DNA from: an uncultured Victivallales bacterium
GTDB lineage: Bacteria > Verrucomicrobiota > Kiritimatiellia > UBA8416
Direction: 5' to 3'
Assembly: GCA_964387425.1 (NCBI GenBank)
Contig: CAYLXP010000005.1
Span: 3,209 to 67,208 of the forward strand
DNA length: 64,000 bases
Below the pieces are notes generated by a model that worked only from the letters and a program-made list of their open reading frames with translations, was not told the origin of the DNA and ran no database searches. A program made the translations under genes and the position numbers. Position 1 is the stretch's first letter. The number at the start of each line of letters is the position of its first letter. Positions 31,833 through 41,322 of the stretch are shown in pieces.

Positions 31833-33575
31833 ATGAAACGCAGTTTGATTCTGATGGCTGGCGTCGTGCTGGCGTCTGTGGCTATGGCCGGGCAGCAGCC
31901 CAACGTGGTTCTTATTCTGATCGACGACCTCAGCCACTATGGCATTACGGCTTACGGGGCGAACAAGATCAGTTCAACGGAGGGGTACTTCACGGACGTG
32001 GAGTTCGAGACGCCGCGCATCGACAGCCTGGCGAAGGATGGTTTGCGGTGTGATTACGCCTACGCTTACCCGCTGTGCGAACCGTCGCGCATCGCACTCA
32101 TGTCCGGCATGAACAACATCCGCAACTACCACCAGTGCAAATCGCAGCACGCCTCCGACATTACCTTTGGAGACCTGTTCCAGCGCGCGGGCTACACGAC
32201 CTGCATCGTTGGAAAATGGAAACAGACCCGCGGAACCACGGCGACTCACGGCAAGGACTACATCTGCGAATTTGGCTGGGACGAGTTTTGCTGTTTCGAC
32301 GTCGTCTACGAAGGATATCGAATGATGGATCCGGACATCGTGGAGAACGGGAAATTCATGAAGTACAAGGGCATCGATCCCAAAACCGGCCGGCGGTGCT
32401 ACGGTCCCGACATCTTCAACCGGTATGCTCTCGACTTCATCGACCGTAGCCAGGGCAGGCCCTTCTTCCTCTACTATTCCATGGTGCTGATGCACGATGA
32501 ACACACGCCAACTCCGGACACGCGGCCCGAGAGCATCTTTGATGACCACGACATCACGAAACCCAGCAAGTATGGGTTCATGAAAGGCGACGACCGGCGT
32601 TACTTCCCCGACATGCTGGCCTATACCGACAAGCTGGTTGGGAAGATCCTGGATAAGCTTGATGAGCTGGGACTGGCCGAGGATACGCTCGTGATCGTGA
32701 TGGGGGATAACGGCACGAAGGAGTCATTCTCGCACACCCTGCCGGACGGGACCGTTTTTCGGGGCGATAAGGGCAGCAACAAGGAAGGCGGGCTGCATGT
32801 GCCGCTCCTCCTGCGTTCGCCTGGAGAAATCCCTGCGCAAGCGACCTACGCGGGTATGGTCAATCTAACCGATGTTCTGCCCACGCTTTGTGAGGCCGCC
32901 GGCATTGACCACCCTAACCGGGATGCTCTGGACGGTATCAGCTTCTGGCCGCAGGCCACCGGCAAAGCTACGGGAGAACACCGCCCCCATATCTACACCT
33001 GGTACAACGGCAACAACAAATCAAGCGATCCCGATAACGTGATCGAGTATGCCTTCACCAAGGATTTCAAGCGCTACGCTCCGAGCAAACTCTATCCTGA
33101 AGGACGCTTCTTCGACCTGCGCACTGATCTGTTTGAAGAGGCCGGCGCCGAGAAGAAGAAGGTGCCAAAAGTCTGGAACAAGTGGCACTACAGCGGCCTG
33201 GACGTGAAGACGCTGACTCCCGAACAGAATCGCGCATATGCGTACCTGGGAGGCGTGCTCCGAGAGAAAACGTACGTTCCGGTCGAGCAGGTGCGGATCG
33301 TGAAAGGAGAGGCACCCCTGCGGGCCGGGGGCAGCAAGCAACTCCGTTGTCGCGTCTATCCGGAGAACGCCACGCGGCGCGGCATTGTCTGGGAGTCCGG
33401 CGCCCCGTCCATTGCTTCCGTCGACAAGTTCGGCAAGCTCACCGGCCACCGAAAAGGCACGGTCACCATCACCGCCTACTCTTGGGACGACGCGATTCCA
33501 TTGGCCGACGGCAAGAGCGCCGAATACAGAACCAACGGCATCCAACACACCGTGGAGATCTCTATCGTCGAATAG
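31833..33575 (+). CDS. Formylglycine-type sulfatase with a C-terminal Big_2 Ig-like domain
   Basis: Signal peptide, [22 protein letters not shown]; C-terminal [15 protein letters not shown]...[16 protein letters not shown]. Confidence 0.92.
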   Translation: MKRSLILMAGVVLASVAMAGQQPNVVLILIDDLSHYGITAYGANKISSTEGYFTDVEFETPRIDSLAKDGLRCDYAYAYPLCEPSRIALMSGMNNIRNYHQCKSQHASDITFGDLFQRAGYTTCIVGKWKQTRGTTATHGKDYICEFGWDEFCCFDVVYEGYRMMDPDIVENGKFMKYKGIDPKTGRRCYGPDIFNRYALDFIDRSQGRPFFLYYSMVLMHDEHTPTPDTRPESIFDDHDITKPSKYGFMKGDDRRYFPDMLAYTDKLVGKILDKLDELGLAEDTLVIVMGDNGTKESFSHTLPDGTVFRGDKGSNKEGGLHVPLLLRSPGEIPAQATYAGMVNLTDVLPTLCEAAGIDHPNRDALDGISFWPQATGKATGEHRPHIYTWYNGNNKSSDPDNVIEYAFTKDFKRYAPSKLYPEGRFFDLRTDLFEEAGAEKKKVPKVWNKWHYSGLDVKTLTPEQNRAYAYLGGVLREKTYVPVEQVRIVKGEAPLRAGGSKQLRCRVYPENATRRGIVWESGAPSIASVDKFGKLTGHRKGTVTITAYSWDDAIPLADGKSAEYRTNGIQHTVEISIVE

Positions 33576-33615
33576 GGGTGTGATGCGAGCAACGGGGCGA
33601 GATTAGGGCGAGAGG

Positions 33616-35007
33616 CTAAGGTCTTTTGCGGGACTTCAGGTCTTCCTCGACCTTGTCTTTGCGCAGGGGGCGGACCGACTTGATCTCGGCGTTCATGATG
33701 GTCTTGAAGATGCCGGGGTGGGTCTCGAGTTTGACGTTCCGCTGGGCATCGACTTCGATCAGGATGCCGCGGTAAACCTCGGTCTCCGTCTTCACCTCGT
33801 AGTTTGGAATGAAGCGCCGTGGGAGGCGGTAGTGCTTGGTGAAGATCTCGTCCCGGATGATGTTGATCTCCTTCTTGGTCTCGTAGTAGCCGGGCTTGGT
33901 CAGGGTGAGCACGTGGACGCCGCAGGGAATCAGGTTCGCGGAGAAGGGCTGCGAGACGCGATCCGTGCGGTTGGTGTCGGCCGTCGTGAATCCGAGCTTC
34001 TTTCCGTCCAGCAGAATCTCCACGCCGGCGGGTTCGGTCGTGAGGGAAATGCCGCCGGCATTGCGTTGCAGGCGGAACTCTTCAACGATCTTCTGGGCGC
34101 GGCCAATCTCGACATTGCGCAGCATGATGTCATGCGCCTTCATCTCGGCGCGGACACGGTAGGTGCCGGGTTTGAGTTTCGTCATCTTGACGGGCGCCTT
34201 GCCGCGGAACTGGTTGTCGACATAGATGCGGGCGCCTTCGGGAATGGATACGATCTCAAGGTCCGAGGGGATCGCTTTGAGTACAGCGGTAATGGTCTGG
34301 TTCTCTCCCGCCGAGAGTTTGAGTGATTCGCTGTAGGGTTCAAACCCGGCGAGGCTCAGCTCAAGTGTGGCGGTTCCGGACGGGATGCGCTCGATGGTGC
34401 AGGGGGTCTCGCCGCGGGCTACTCCGTTGAGCGTAACGTCCGCGCCCGGTGGCTCGGAGTCGACCGCCAGGGCAGCCGAATCGGACGTGAGTTTAACGTC
34501 GAACTTCTGTGGGCTGCGCCCCTTGATGTTCATCTCGATCTCCTTGGAGATGAAACCGGGCTTGCTCAAGCGGGCCCGGTAGCGTCCCAGCGGGAGGTCG
34601 GTGATGAGGGTTGGTGTGGTGCCGCGGTGGGCCCCGGCGATCTCAACCTCTACATCGGCGGGGGTCGACTGAATCAGGATTAGCCCGTGAATAGGCTCCA
34701 GGCGGATCTCTTCGCTGGACCGTGATCCGGGGATGAGATCGATCGTTCGGCGGACCGGGTGATGATTGCGCTTCTCGGCCACCAACAGGTGCTTGCCGGG
34801 TGAAAGGGCGGTCACGGTGACGGGGGCCTCGCCCCTTGGCTTGCCATCGATCGTGATCGTGGCACCGGCGGGTTCGGAGATAATGTGGACCTGTGCCGGT
34901 TCACCGCGGGCTGTCGACAGGAGCATGAAGGCAACCAGGGCGGCACGTGCCGAGACGGCAACGGCCCGGATGCGGGGGCGACAGCGTTTGCGATTTCGTG
35001 TGATCAT
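33616..35007 (-). CDS. Exported multi-PEGA-domain protein
   Basis: About five repeats of (S/T)xPxGAx(I/V)x(I/L)DG..G.(T/A)P...L..G.H/Y; N-terminal signal or anchor. Confidence 0.88.
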   Translation of the reverse strand: MITRNRKRCRPRIRAVAVSARAALVAFMLLSTARGEPAQVHIISEPAGATITIDGKPRGEAPVTVTALSPGKHLLVAEKRNHHPVRRTIDLIPGSRSSEEIRLEPIHGLILIQSTPADVEVEIAGAHRGTTPTLITDLPLGRYRARLSKPGFISKEIEMNIKGRSPQKFDVKLTSDSAALAVDSEPPGADVTLNGVARGETPCTIERIPSGTATLELSLAGFEPYSESLKLSAGENQTITAVLKAIPSDLEIVSIPEGARIYVDNQFRGKAPVKMTKLKPGTYRVRAEMKAHDIMLRNVEIGRAQKIVEEFRLQRNAGGISLTTEPAGVEILLDGKKLGFTTADTNRTDRVSQPFSANLIPCGVHVLTLTKPGYYETKKEINIIRDEIFTKHYRLPRRFIPNYEVKTETEVYRGILIEVDAQRNVKLETHPGIFKTIMNAEIKSVRPLRKDKVEEDLKSRKRP

Positions 35008-36329
35008 TTCAGCGATTCCAATCGGGCATCAACTTCAACCAGTTTCTTGCGCGCTTCAATGTGGCGTGCATCTTCACGATCGGGGATCAATTCCATCAGG
35101 ATGCGCAGCTCTGCGGCCGCCGTGGCCCATTCGCGCAGGCGGATGGCGCGCTCGGCCTGGAAATTCTGTTCCTCATAGCGCTTGGTCAAGTCTTCCTGGC
35201 AGGTGGTCCGCGAGGCGAGAATGTCGGGATAGAAATCGGGCTTTTCTTCGACGGTTTCAAGATACCACTCGGATTCATCGAAGCTCTTGATGGCAGCGGA
35301 CAGGTTGCCGAGGGCAACGAGGCGCTCGGCGTAGAGCTTCTTGCCGAGCAGGTAGGCGTCGTTGGACATGGCAAGCAGCTTCTCGGTGGAGAACTGGATC
35401 GCCCAGAGCCCAAGTTCGACGCGACCGAAGTCCTCGAGCTTCTGTCGGACGACCGTGAAGACATCGGGTTCAACACGGTTGAGGACACGCGTCTGCTGCG
35501 TGTCCAAGCCAATGGTCATGGAGATGGTGCGCTGTTCCAGGGCCTTGGGGTTCACGCCCTTGTACTCCGGCTCAAGGTCAAAGAAACCGGATTCGCCCAG
35601 GTCTTCCGTCAGCCCCTCGATCAGTTCCTCACTGACTTCTTTGCTCTCGCGGACGGTGCGATTATTCTGCAGGTCATCGATCGCAATGGAGAGTACGCGT
35701 TCCGGGGAGATCGTGAGGTGATAGTGGAAGATGTTCTCGTCGGAGGCTTCAACTTTCTCATAGTCGACGCTGAGTGTGAGGTCCACCTTCGGTGGCGCGA
35801 CGGGAACCGGTGGCGGTGGCGGGGGAGTCCGGTTCATCGCTTTGTGCATGAAGATGCCGATCGTTGCGGCCACCACGATGATAAGCACGGTGATGAGCGG
35901 ACCGAGACCAATCCGGCGTTGCGCCCTTGCCGGCGCATGGCTGTCCCTGCTGAGTCCGAGGTCAACGGGGGCAACGGTGCGTGTTGCCGGCGCCTCCGGC
36001 GCCGCCGCCGGGGGGGGCGCGGCCATTCCACGCCCGTCCTGCGTTATTTGCAGAACCGTATCGCCGATCGTGATGCGATCTCCGCAGCGCAGGGGGGACT
36101 CGAACGTAGGTTCGCCGTTGAGAAGCGTTTCGTTGGCGCTGCCGAGGTCGGTAATCCAGAGCCCGTCTTCCTTGAAGAAGAGCCGGCAGTGGTGTCGGGA
36201 AAGCATGGGATCCACGAGGACGATGTCGTTCTTTGACGAGCGTCCGACGCGGGCACCTTCGGCAGGAACGGTGAAAGTCTTGCCGGTGTCCTCTCCCTGC
36301 TCGACCAGTATGTGAGTATTCTCGCTCAT
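35004..36329 (-). CDS. FHA-domain single-pass membrane protein with an extracytoplasmic TPR-like C-terminus
   Basis: FHA motifs VGRSSKNDIVL, SRHHC, DLGSANET; TM LITVLIIVVAATIGIFM; proline-rich linkers. Confidence 0.88.
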   Translation of the reverse strand: MSENTHILVEQGEDTGKTFTVPAEGARVGRSSKNDIVLVDPMLSRHHCRLFFKEDGLWITDLGSANETLLNGEPTFESPLRCGDRITIGDTVLQITQDGRGMAAPPPAAAPEAPATRTVAPVDLGLSRDSHAPARAQRRIGLGPLITVLIIVVAATIGIFMHKAMNRTPPPPPPVPVAPPKVDLTLSVDYEKVEASDENIFHYHLTISPERVLSIAIDDLQNNRTVRESKEVSEELIEGLTEDLGESGFFDLEPEYKGVNPKALEQRTISMTIGLDTQQTRVLNRVEPDVFTVVRQKLEDFGRVELGLWAIQFSTEKLLAMSNDAYLLGKKLYAERLVALGNLSAAIKSFDESEWYLETVEEKPDFYPDILASRTTCQEDLTKRYEEQNFQAERAIRLREWATAAAELRILMELIPDREDARHIEARKKLVEVDARLESLK

Positions 36330-36698
36330 ACGCGTTAAGTATACATAGCAGATGGTACACGCCGCTGCAAGTCGAGGCAATTGCGCTGTTCGCAAAGAGT
36401 TGATGGTTAGCGTGTTGCAGGAACGGAAAATGAGCGCTTACCCCACGTCAGGAGGCGTTAGGCGCTAGGCTTTAGTAGCTAGGTTGGGAAATAGAGACCT
36501 AGCTACTAGCACCTAATCACTGCTCTTTGCGCTGGGGTACAGCGCAAAGAGCCAAAAGTCACAGCGAGTTTTCCGCGTTCTTGGTGGGGACGGGCGGACG
36601 TGGTGTAGACTGAGGAAGGGGATCTGCTGACCATGAGTTAGTGCCGTCGGTGGGTTGTGTGGTGTTCTTTGAATTGGAGAGATGCCGAGACAGCAACG

Positions 36699-36850
36699 GT
36701 AGGGCTGACCGTCCCGGTCGGCCGGGATCAACGCATGAGATCGTCTCTTCTCTCTAGGCTGCCGAGCCACTGACGTTCAGGATTCGGCAACCGTCGGTGA
36801 TCATCCTGAGTCCAGTTCGTATCCCGGTCGGGCCTGAGGCCCAACCCTAC
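36699..36850. repeat. REPIN (family A): inverted pair of the RAYT-flanking REPs around a ~90-bp spacer
   Basis: GTAGGGCTGACCGTCCCGGTCGGCCGGGATCAACG ... ATCCCGGTCGGGCCTGAGGCCCAACCCTAC; same REP as at 52412-52506 and 53102-53195. Confidence 0.85.
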
Positions 36851-36931
36851 CAATAAGGAGTCTGGACAAACCGAAGCCGCAGAAGCTTCGGTGCTCTGCT
36901 GCCGGCACCCCGGTCTTACACGGTTTGTTGT

Positions 36932-39283
36932 TCAAGGAGCGAGGTCGGTGGCCGCCTCGGAGGCGGCGCTCCAGTCGAGCTCGGGGAGTTGTACGCCTGA
37001 GGTTGCGGCGTGGTCGGCTAGGAGTTCGGCAAGTCGTTCGCGTACGCGGACCATTGTGCGATACCGTACGAGTCGGCTCTGGGCCAGCACGACGACCTCA
37101 ACGGGATCGTGGCGTTTTGGCCCCAATCCCAGGAAGCCCCTGCGTGGACGTTTCAACCCCAGGGCTCGAACAAGCGTCTCCGGGTCCATGCCGCTGACGA
37201 TGGCTTCGATGGCCGTGTCATCAGTACCCGGTTCAAAACGGATGGAGCGTTGCTGGTCCAGCTCTCCGTAGGAGACGACCAACTCGCACGTCTTCTCATC
37301 GACGTCGCGCAAAGCGATGCCAACGGCTGCACGCCGGGCAAAGGCGAGAGCTTCCTCCTGCTCCGAGACGCCGGATTCACCGGAGGCATCCGAGGCAGCC
37401 TCTTCTTCCTCTTCCGGTATCTCGGCCTGCTTCTCGCGAAGGTCGGTGGGGAGTTGCTCCGTCTCAACCTCCTGGGTTGCATCGAGCGTCTGCTCCGTGG
37501 TCATGATCTGCGCCTCGACCTCCTGCTTCAGACTCTCGTAGTGCTGGCGAAGAACTCTCTCCAGCTCGGATGCGTTTGACGGGAAGAGGCTGGCATAGAC
37601 CAGGTCGCGCTTCTTCAGAAAGGCCGCATAGCGGCTGTCGACCTCTGTCCGCCATGTCTTCCTGAGCTCGGCCAACGGCACGCCCGCTTCGATAGACTGC
37701 TTAAGATCGCCTTTCCACTTGTTGGCCAGCTGGAGAATCAGGGACTTCTGCTTAGCATGGGCTTCAGCGGCAGGCGCCACGAGGGCGTTGATTCGCTCCA
37801 AGAGCTGGTCTTCAGTCTCACTCAGAATGGGGCCGTCCGGCAGGTGCGTCGCTCCCAATCCTTGCCGGTTCACCACGAAGGTGTGGGCTTTCTCCAGCGA
37901 GTCAAAAGGATGCAGCGTTTCTGTAGCCGAGAGCCAGTCCACGATCCTGTCCTCGAGGCGTTCTATATCGCTCAGTTCCAGCAGAAGCGGGGCTGACTGC
38001 TCAGATGCAATCCGGTCGCGGATCCGGTCGGCGCGCTCCGCCAGGCACGTTTCCAGCATCTTCTCAAATGCGCTGCGGCAAGCTCCATCCTTGGAGAGAT
38101 GCATGACCAGGCGCGACTGAAGCGCCTCGCGATTGGCCCCCGTGATGTTGCGCGCAGCAAGATACGCCGTGGCCAGTTGCTCGCGCGCACCATCGCGGAA
38201 AGCATCCCGCAGTGCGGCCAGGCTCTTGGCACGATCACGATGTAGTCCGATGTCTGCGCGCAGCGCGGCCTCGAGATCGCTCTCTTTCGGCCAGTCACAT
38301 CCTGTCTCCCTGGTGAAGGCGGCCAACGCCGATCTCTCCAGCGCCTTGGCCTTCTCCTGTGCGAACAGATCGACGCGTGTGAAAACACCGTAGACTCGAA
38401 CGGCTTCATCCCGGTTGGGGCGCTTGCGGCGTTTCTCGGTTTCCTGGCGGGCGGCGTCTGTGAGCCCGGGTGTGATGCGCTCGGAAGAGACTGGGGTCGC
38501 GGCCTCGGGCAGGCGGGCTGCAGTTTCCACGGCCTTGATCTGCGCTTCGTATTGGTCTCCGAGTCCACCCAGCACCTGTAGAGCCAGCTGACGCAGACGC
38601 GTAGTGACTTCATCAAAGAGAGGCAGCTTGTCCAGTCCCAGCTCGCGCTGAAGCGTTGGTTCAAGCTTCAAAATATCGCTGCGCTTCAATGCACTTCCCG
38701 GCTTTAGCTTGCCCTCTGTTGCCAGATCTTCCAGCAGCGCGTCGGCACGTTCTTGTGTGGGATAGCCGACCCGCAGCGACGTTTCTCGCAGTTGCCGCTC
38801 AACGGCTCGTTTCCGAGCCCGTCTGTAGACCGGATCAGAATGACGCTCTACGATCTGCCGGACCGAGGTCTTGTAGAAGGTGTCGGGGGGCGTGCCCAGT
38901 GCGTTAAAGAGGGCGTCGCGTGTTACCGGGAGGGGGGAGTGTCCTCTTGCCGTCGTCAGCGCCTCCTCTTCGAGAGCCGCCAACGAGCGCTGGGCGCTCT
39001 CGCTGACGAGCGCGCGGCACAGGTTGGCGCTCTGCTTCGGGGCGGCATGGTTGGCGGGAGCCCCGAGCATGGCATCGTGCAGCTCGTCCTCCATGAGGAT
39101 GGAGGATTTGCCTTCGGCATCTTCAACCAGTCCATCCCGTCCCTCCGCCAGGGCCTCGGCCGCACTCCGCAGCGCCAGGATCTGCTTGGCCCGGTCTTTG
39201 GGGGAACTCTCCGCGCTATGGGAGTGTGTCGCGATTGTAGTTAGCGAGATTGCCAGGATTGCGAGCATCGATCGTGGGGTCAT
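36932..39283 (-). CDS. Large exported helical hypothetical protein, third gene of the ZorA/MotA-like operon
   Basis: 783-aa ORF; signal peptide MTPRSMLAILAISLTTIATHSHSA; ATGA overlap with the upstream gene. Confidence 0.8.
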   Translation of the reverse strand: MTPRSMLAILAISLTTIATHSHSAESSPKDRAKQILALRSAAEALAEGRDGLVEDAEGKSSILMEDELHDAMLGAPANHAAPKQSANLCRALVSESAQRSLAALEEEALTTARGHSPLPVTRDALFNALGTPPDTFYKTSVRQIVERHSDPVYRRARKRAVERQLRETSLRVGYPTQERADALLEDLATEGKLKPGSALKRSDILKLEPTLQRELGLDKLPLFDEVTTRLRQLALQVLGGLGDQYEAQIKAVETAARLPEAATPVSSERITPGLTDAARQETEKRRKRPNRDEAVRVYGVFTRVDLFAQEKAKALERSALAAFTRETGCDWPKESDLEAALRADIGLHRDRAKSLAALRDAFRDGAREQLATAYLAARNITGANREALQSRLVMHLSKDGACRSAFEKMLETCLAERADRIRDRIASEQSAPLLLELSDIERLEDRIVDWLSATETLHPFDSLEKAHTFVVNRQGLGATHLPDGPILSETEDQLLERINALVAPAAEAHAKQKSLILQLANKWKGDLKQSIEAGVPLAELRKTWRTEVDSRYAAFLKKRDLVYASLFPSNASELERVLRQHYESLKQEVEAQIMTTEQTLDATQEVETEQLPTDLREKQAEIPEEEEEAASDASGESGVSEQEEALAFARRAAVGIALRDVDEKTCELVVSYGELDQQRSIRFEPGTDDTAIEAIVSGMDPETLVRALGLKRPRRGFLGLGPKRHDPVEVVVLAQSRLVRYRTMVRVRERLAELLADHAATSGVQLPELDWSAASEAATDLAP

Positions 39284-40017
39284 TGCGAGTCCTCCCCCTG
39301 GTTGCCGCTACCATACTCATTGCGAACGGACGGCAATAGCTGCACGCCGCGTGATTCCAGTTCGCCGCTGACCTGGACCATCTGCGTGGCCAGGTCCCTG
39401 TTCAGATGTTCATCGCCGGGGGGTAGCTCCGCCACACAGCGTCCGATGACACCCCATTGCAGATCCTCCACGTGCGTCTTCCACTGTCGGCAGCGTTGCT
39501 GAATGTGGCCGAGGGCGAATTCCAGGCGCTCTCCATCGAGTTCCATTTCGGGGTAGTGCTCGACGAGCTCCCGGTAGGAGAGCACAACGTCGCCCTCGCC
39601 GCCTTCCGGCACATACGTCAGTGCCTGCTCCAACAGGTTCGAGCTTAGTGCCGAGACGTCGGCGAGCGGTTGTGTATTGGAGCAGAGGTGCGCGAAGCGC
39701 TGGTCCTGCGGCCACGCGCCGTTCCACTGTACACGATCCAATGACGGAAACTCCTGGATTGCGGCATCCTGTTCCCATGCTCCTGTCACGGCATCGATTC
39801 GCATCAGGAGGTACTGCTTCCATAGATCCATCACACTCGGGCCCTGCTGGCTGGATGCCATCAGGAGACGTGTGGCGATGGCCAGGATCAGCACGAGGGG
39901 GAGGGATATCTGGACGAGCACATCATTGGGGCTGAGCGCGAAGACCTTCTCCGGTCGCCCCTTTGCCAGCTCCTGGATGCGCTTGATGGCCTTGCGTTCT
40001 TGAGTTGGATTAGTCAT
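39280..40017 (-). CDS. Single-TM protein with an Asp at the start of the TM (MotB/ZorB/ExbD-like anchor) and an unrecognised soluble domain
   Basis: FALSPNDVLVQISLPLVLILAIATRLLM; overlaps the stop of the upstream MotA-like gene. Confidence 0.7.
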   Translation of the reverse strand: MTNPTQERKAIKRIQELAKGRPEKVFALSPNDVLVQISLPLVLILAIATRLLMASSQQGPSVMDLWKQYLLMRIDAVTGAWEQDAAIQEFPSLDRVQWNGAWPQDQRFAHLCSNTQPLADVSALSSNLLEQALTYVPEGGEGDVVLSYRELVEHYPEMELDGERLEFALGHIQQRCRQWKTHVEDLQWGVIGRCVAELPPGDEHLNRDLATQMVQVSGELESRGVQLLPSVRNEYGSGNQGEDSQ

Positions 40018-41092
40018 GGGATGCGCGCTCCTCGGCAAACGTGGAGAAAGCCTTGCGTAGCCGCGACCGTTCCTGCTTCTGCTGCCGGTTTCCTTCGCGG
40101 GCGGTTTCCCCGAGATCCTTGAGGGCTCCGATCATGACCGACTGGCCCGCCAGCTGCTCGCCGATGGCCGCCTGGACGCGGTCACCGGCGCCAACAATCG
40201 CGGTGTTCAGCGTGTTGGTATGCGCAGCTTGCTCCGTACGCAGTCCGGAGAGTTGCGTCAGGGCGTGCTCCAGCTTCTGGTCGACTCCCTCAACGGATGT
40301 CAGCCCTTCGGCACAGCGCTCCAGCGCCGTGCACATCCTGTTGACACCCTCGACAAGTTCGGCGTTCTGGGTCTCCAGGCGCTCGAGCTGCTGTGCGACC
40401 CGCTCCAGGGGGACCGGCTCAAGGCTGCGGGTGACTTCGCGAACTGTGCGGTCCATCCGGCCAAGTCCCTCGCAGAGCCGGTCGACGGTTGCTTCGAGGT
40501 CCTCGGGGAGTTCCTCGGCGATGTCGAGCGGTAGGCTCACGCAGAATAGCCACGCGAGCGGGCGGGCGGCGATGAAGGCGCCAATCAGGCCAACCAGGGA
40601 GCTCAAGACGGCGGTTGCGGTTCCGGACAAGAGGCGCTGTACTGAGTCCTGCACGGCTTCGCCCTTGAGTCCGGTGGAAGCGAGCGCCTCGACACCGCTG
40701 CTTTGGAGCCCGATCAGTAGCCCGTAGAGTGTTCCCGTTAGCCCCAGCATAATGAGGAAGAAGGCAAAGTGCGGTGGGTAGGGACGCCAGATCAATTCCT
40801 CGTCCACGTTGGCCCAATGGCGCCCAAGCGCACGGAATCCCTGTATGGCGGGAAACACGAACATCAAGAACGGCACAAGTGTCGACACGGTGCTCAGGTC
40901 TGCGGCGCACCGCAGTCCAAGGCTGTAGATGTTCGCCGGCAGAAAACGCGGGAGGAATGAGACGTCCGCAAAGAAGAGGCGGATGGCTTCCTCCACGTTG
41001 ACGACCCAGAGCAGCAGAAAGAACAGCGACAGTGCGGTGCAGATGGTGCTGATGACAGCCAGCAGCAGAGGGAAACGTCGTTTCTCCATCAT
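40010..41092 (-). CDS. MotA/TolQ/ExbB-family ion-channel protein with a long C-terminal coiled tail (ZorA-like)
   Basis: LIMLGLTGTLYGLLIGL and LLSGTATAVLSSLVGL helices, followed by about 170 aa of amphipathic helical tail. Confidence 0.75.
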   Translation of the reverse strand: MMEKRRFPLLLAVISTICTALSLFFLLLWVVNVEEAIRLFFADVSFLPRFLPANIYSLGLRCAADLSTVSTLVPFLMFVFPAIQGFRALGRHWANVDEELIWRPYPPHFAFFLIMLGLTGTLYGLLIGLQSSGVEALASTGLKGEAVQDSVQRLLSGTATAVLSSLVGLIGAFIAARPLAWLFCVSLPLDIAEELPEDLEATVDRLCEGLGRMDRTVREVTRSLEPVPLERVAQQLERLETQNAELVEGVNRMCTALERCAEGLTSVEGVDQKLEHALTQLSGLRTEQAAHTNTLNTAIVGAGDRVQAAIGEQLAGQSVMIGALKDLGETAREGNRQQKQERSRLRKAFSTFAEERASHD

Positions 41093-41322
41093 GGTTTCAC
41101 CCTTCAGTGATTCCACCGCGTGGCCATGCAGGCTACGCAGCAGTTGTTAAGCAATGCCAGAGCATAGCTCACTGAACCACGTGCGAACAATCTTTTCAGG
41201 CGATTTGACGCCGCGGGATGGATTGCTACGAGCCAGTTCGGATTCTGCGACGGGCAACGCAGAACGCCGGCTGCATGTAGGGTTTGATTGTAATGGCTTT
41301 GTTAGGGTACAGTTTCGAGATT

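Noticed and set aside
36932-41092. Calling this a canonical Zorya system, or MotAB/ExbBD/TolQR
   Set aside because: No zorC/zorD/zorE, no OmpA-like domain recognised in gene B, and no flagellar, TonB or Tol context
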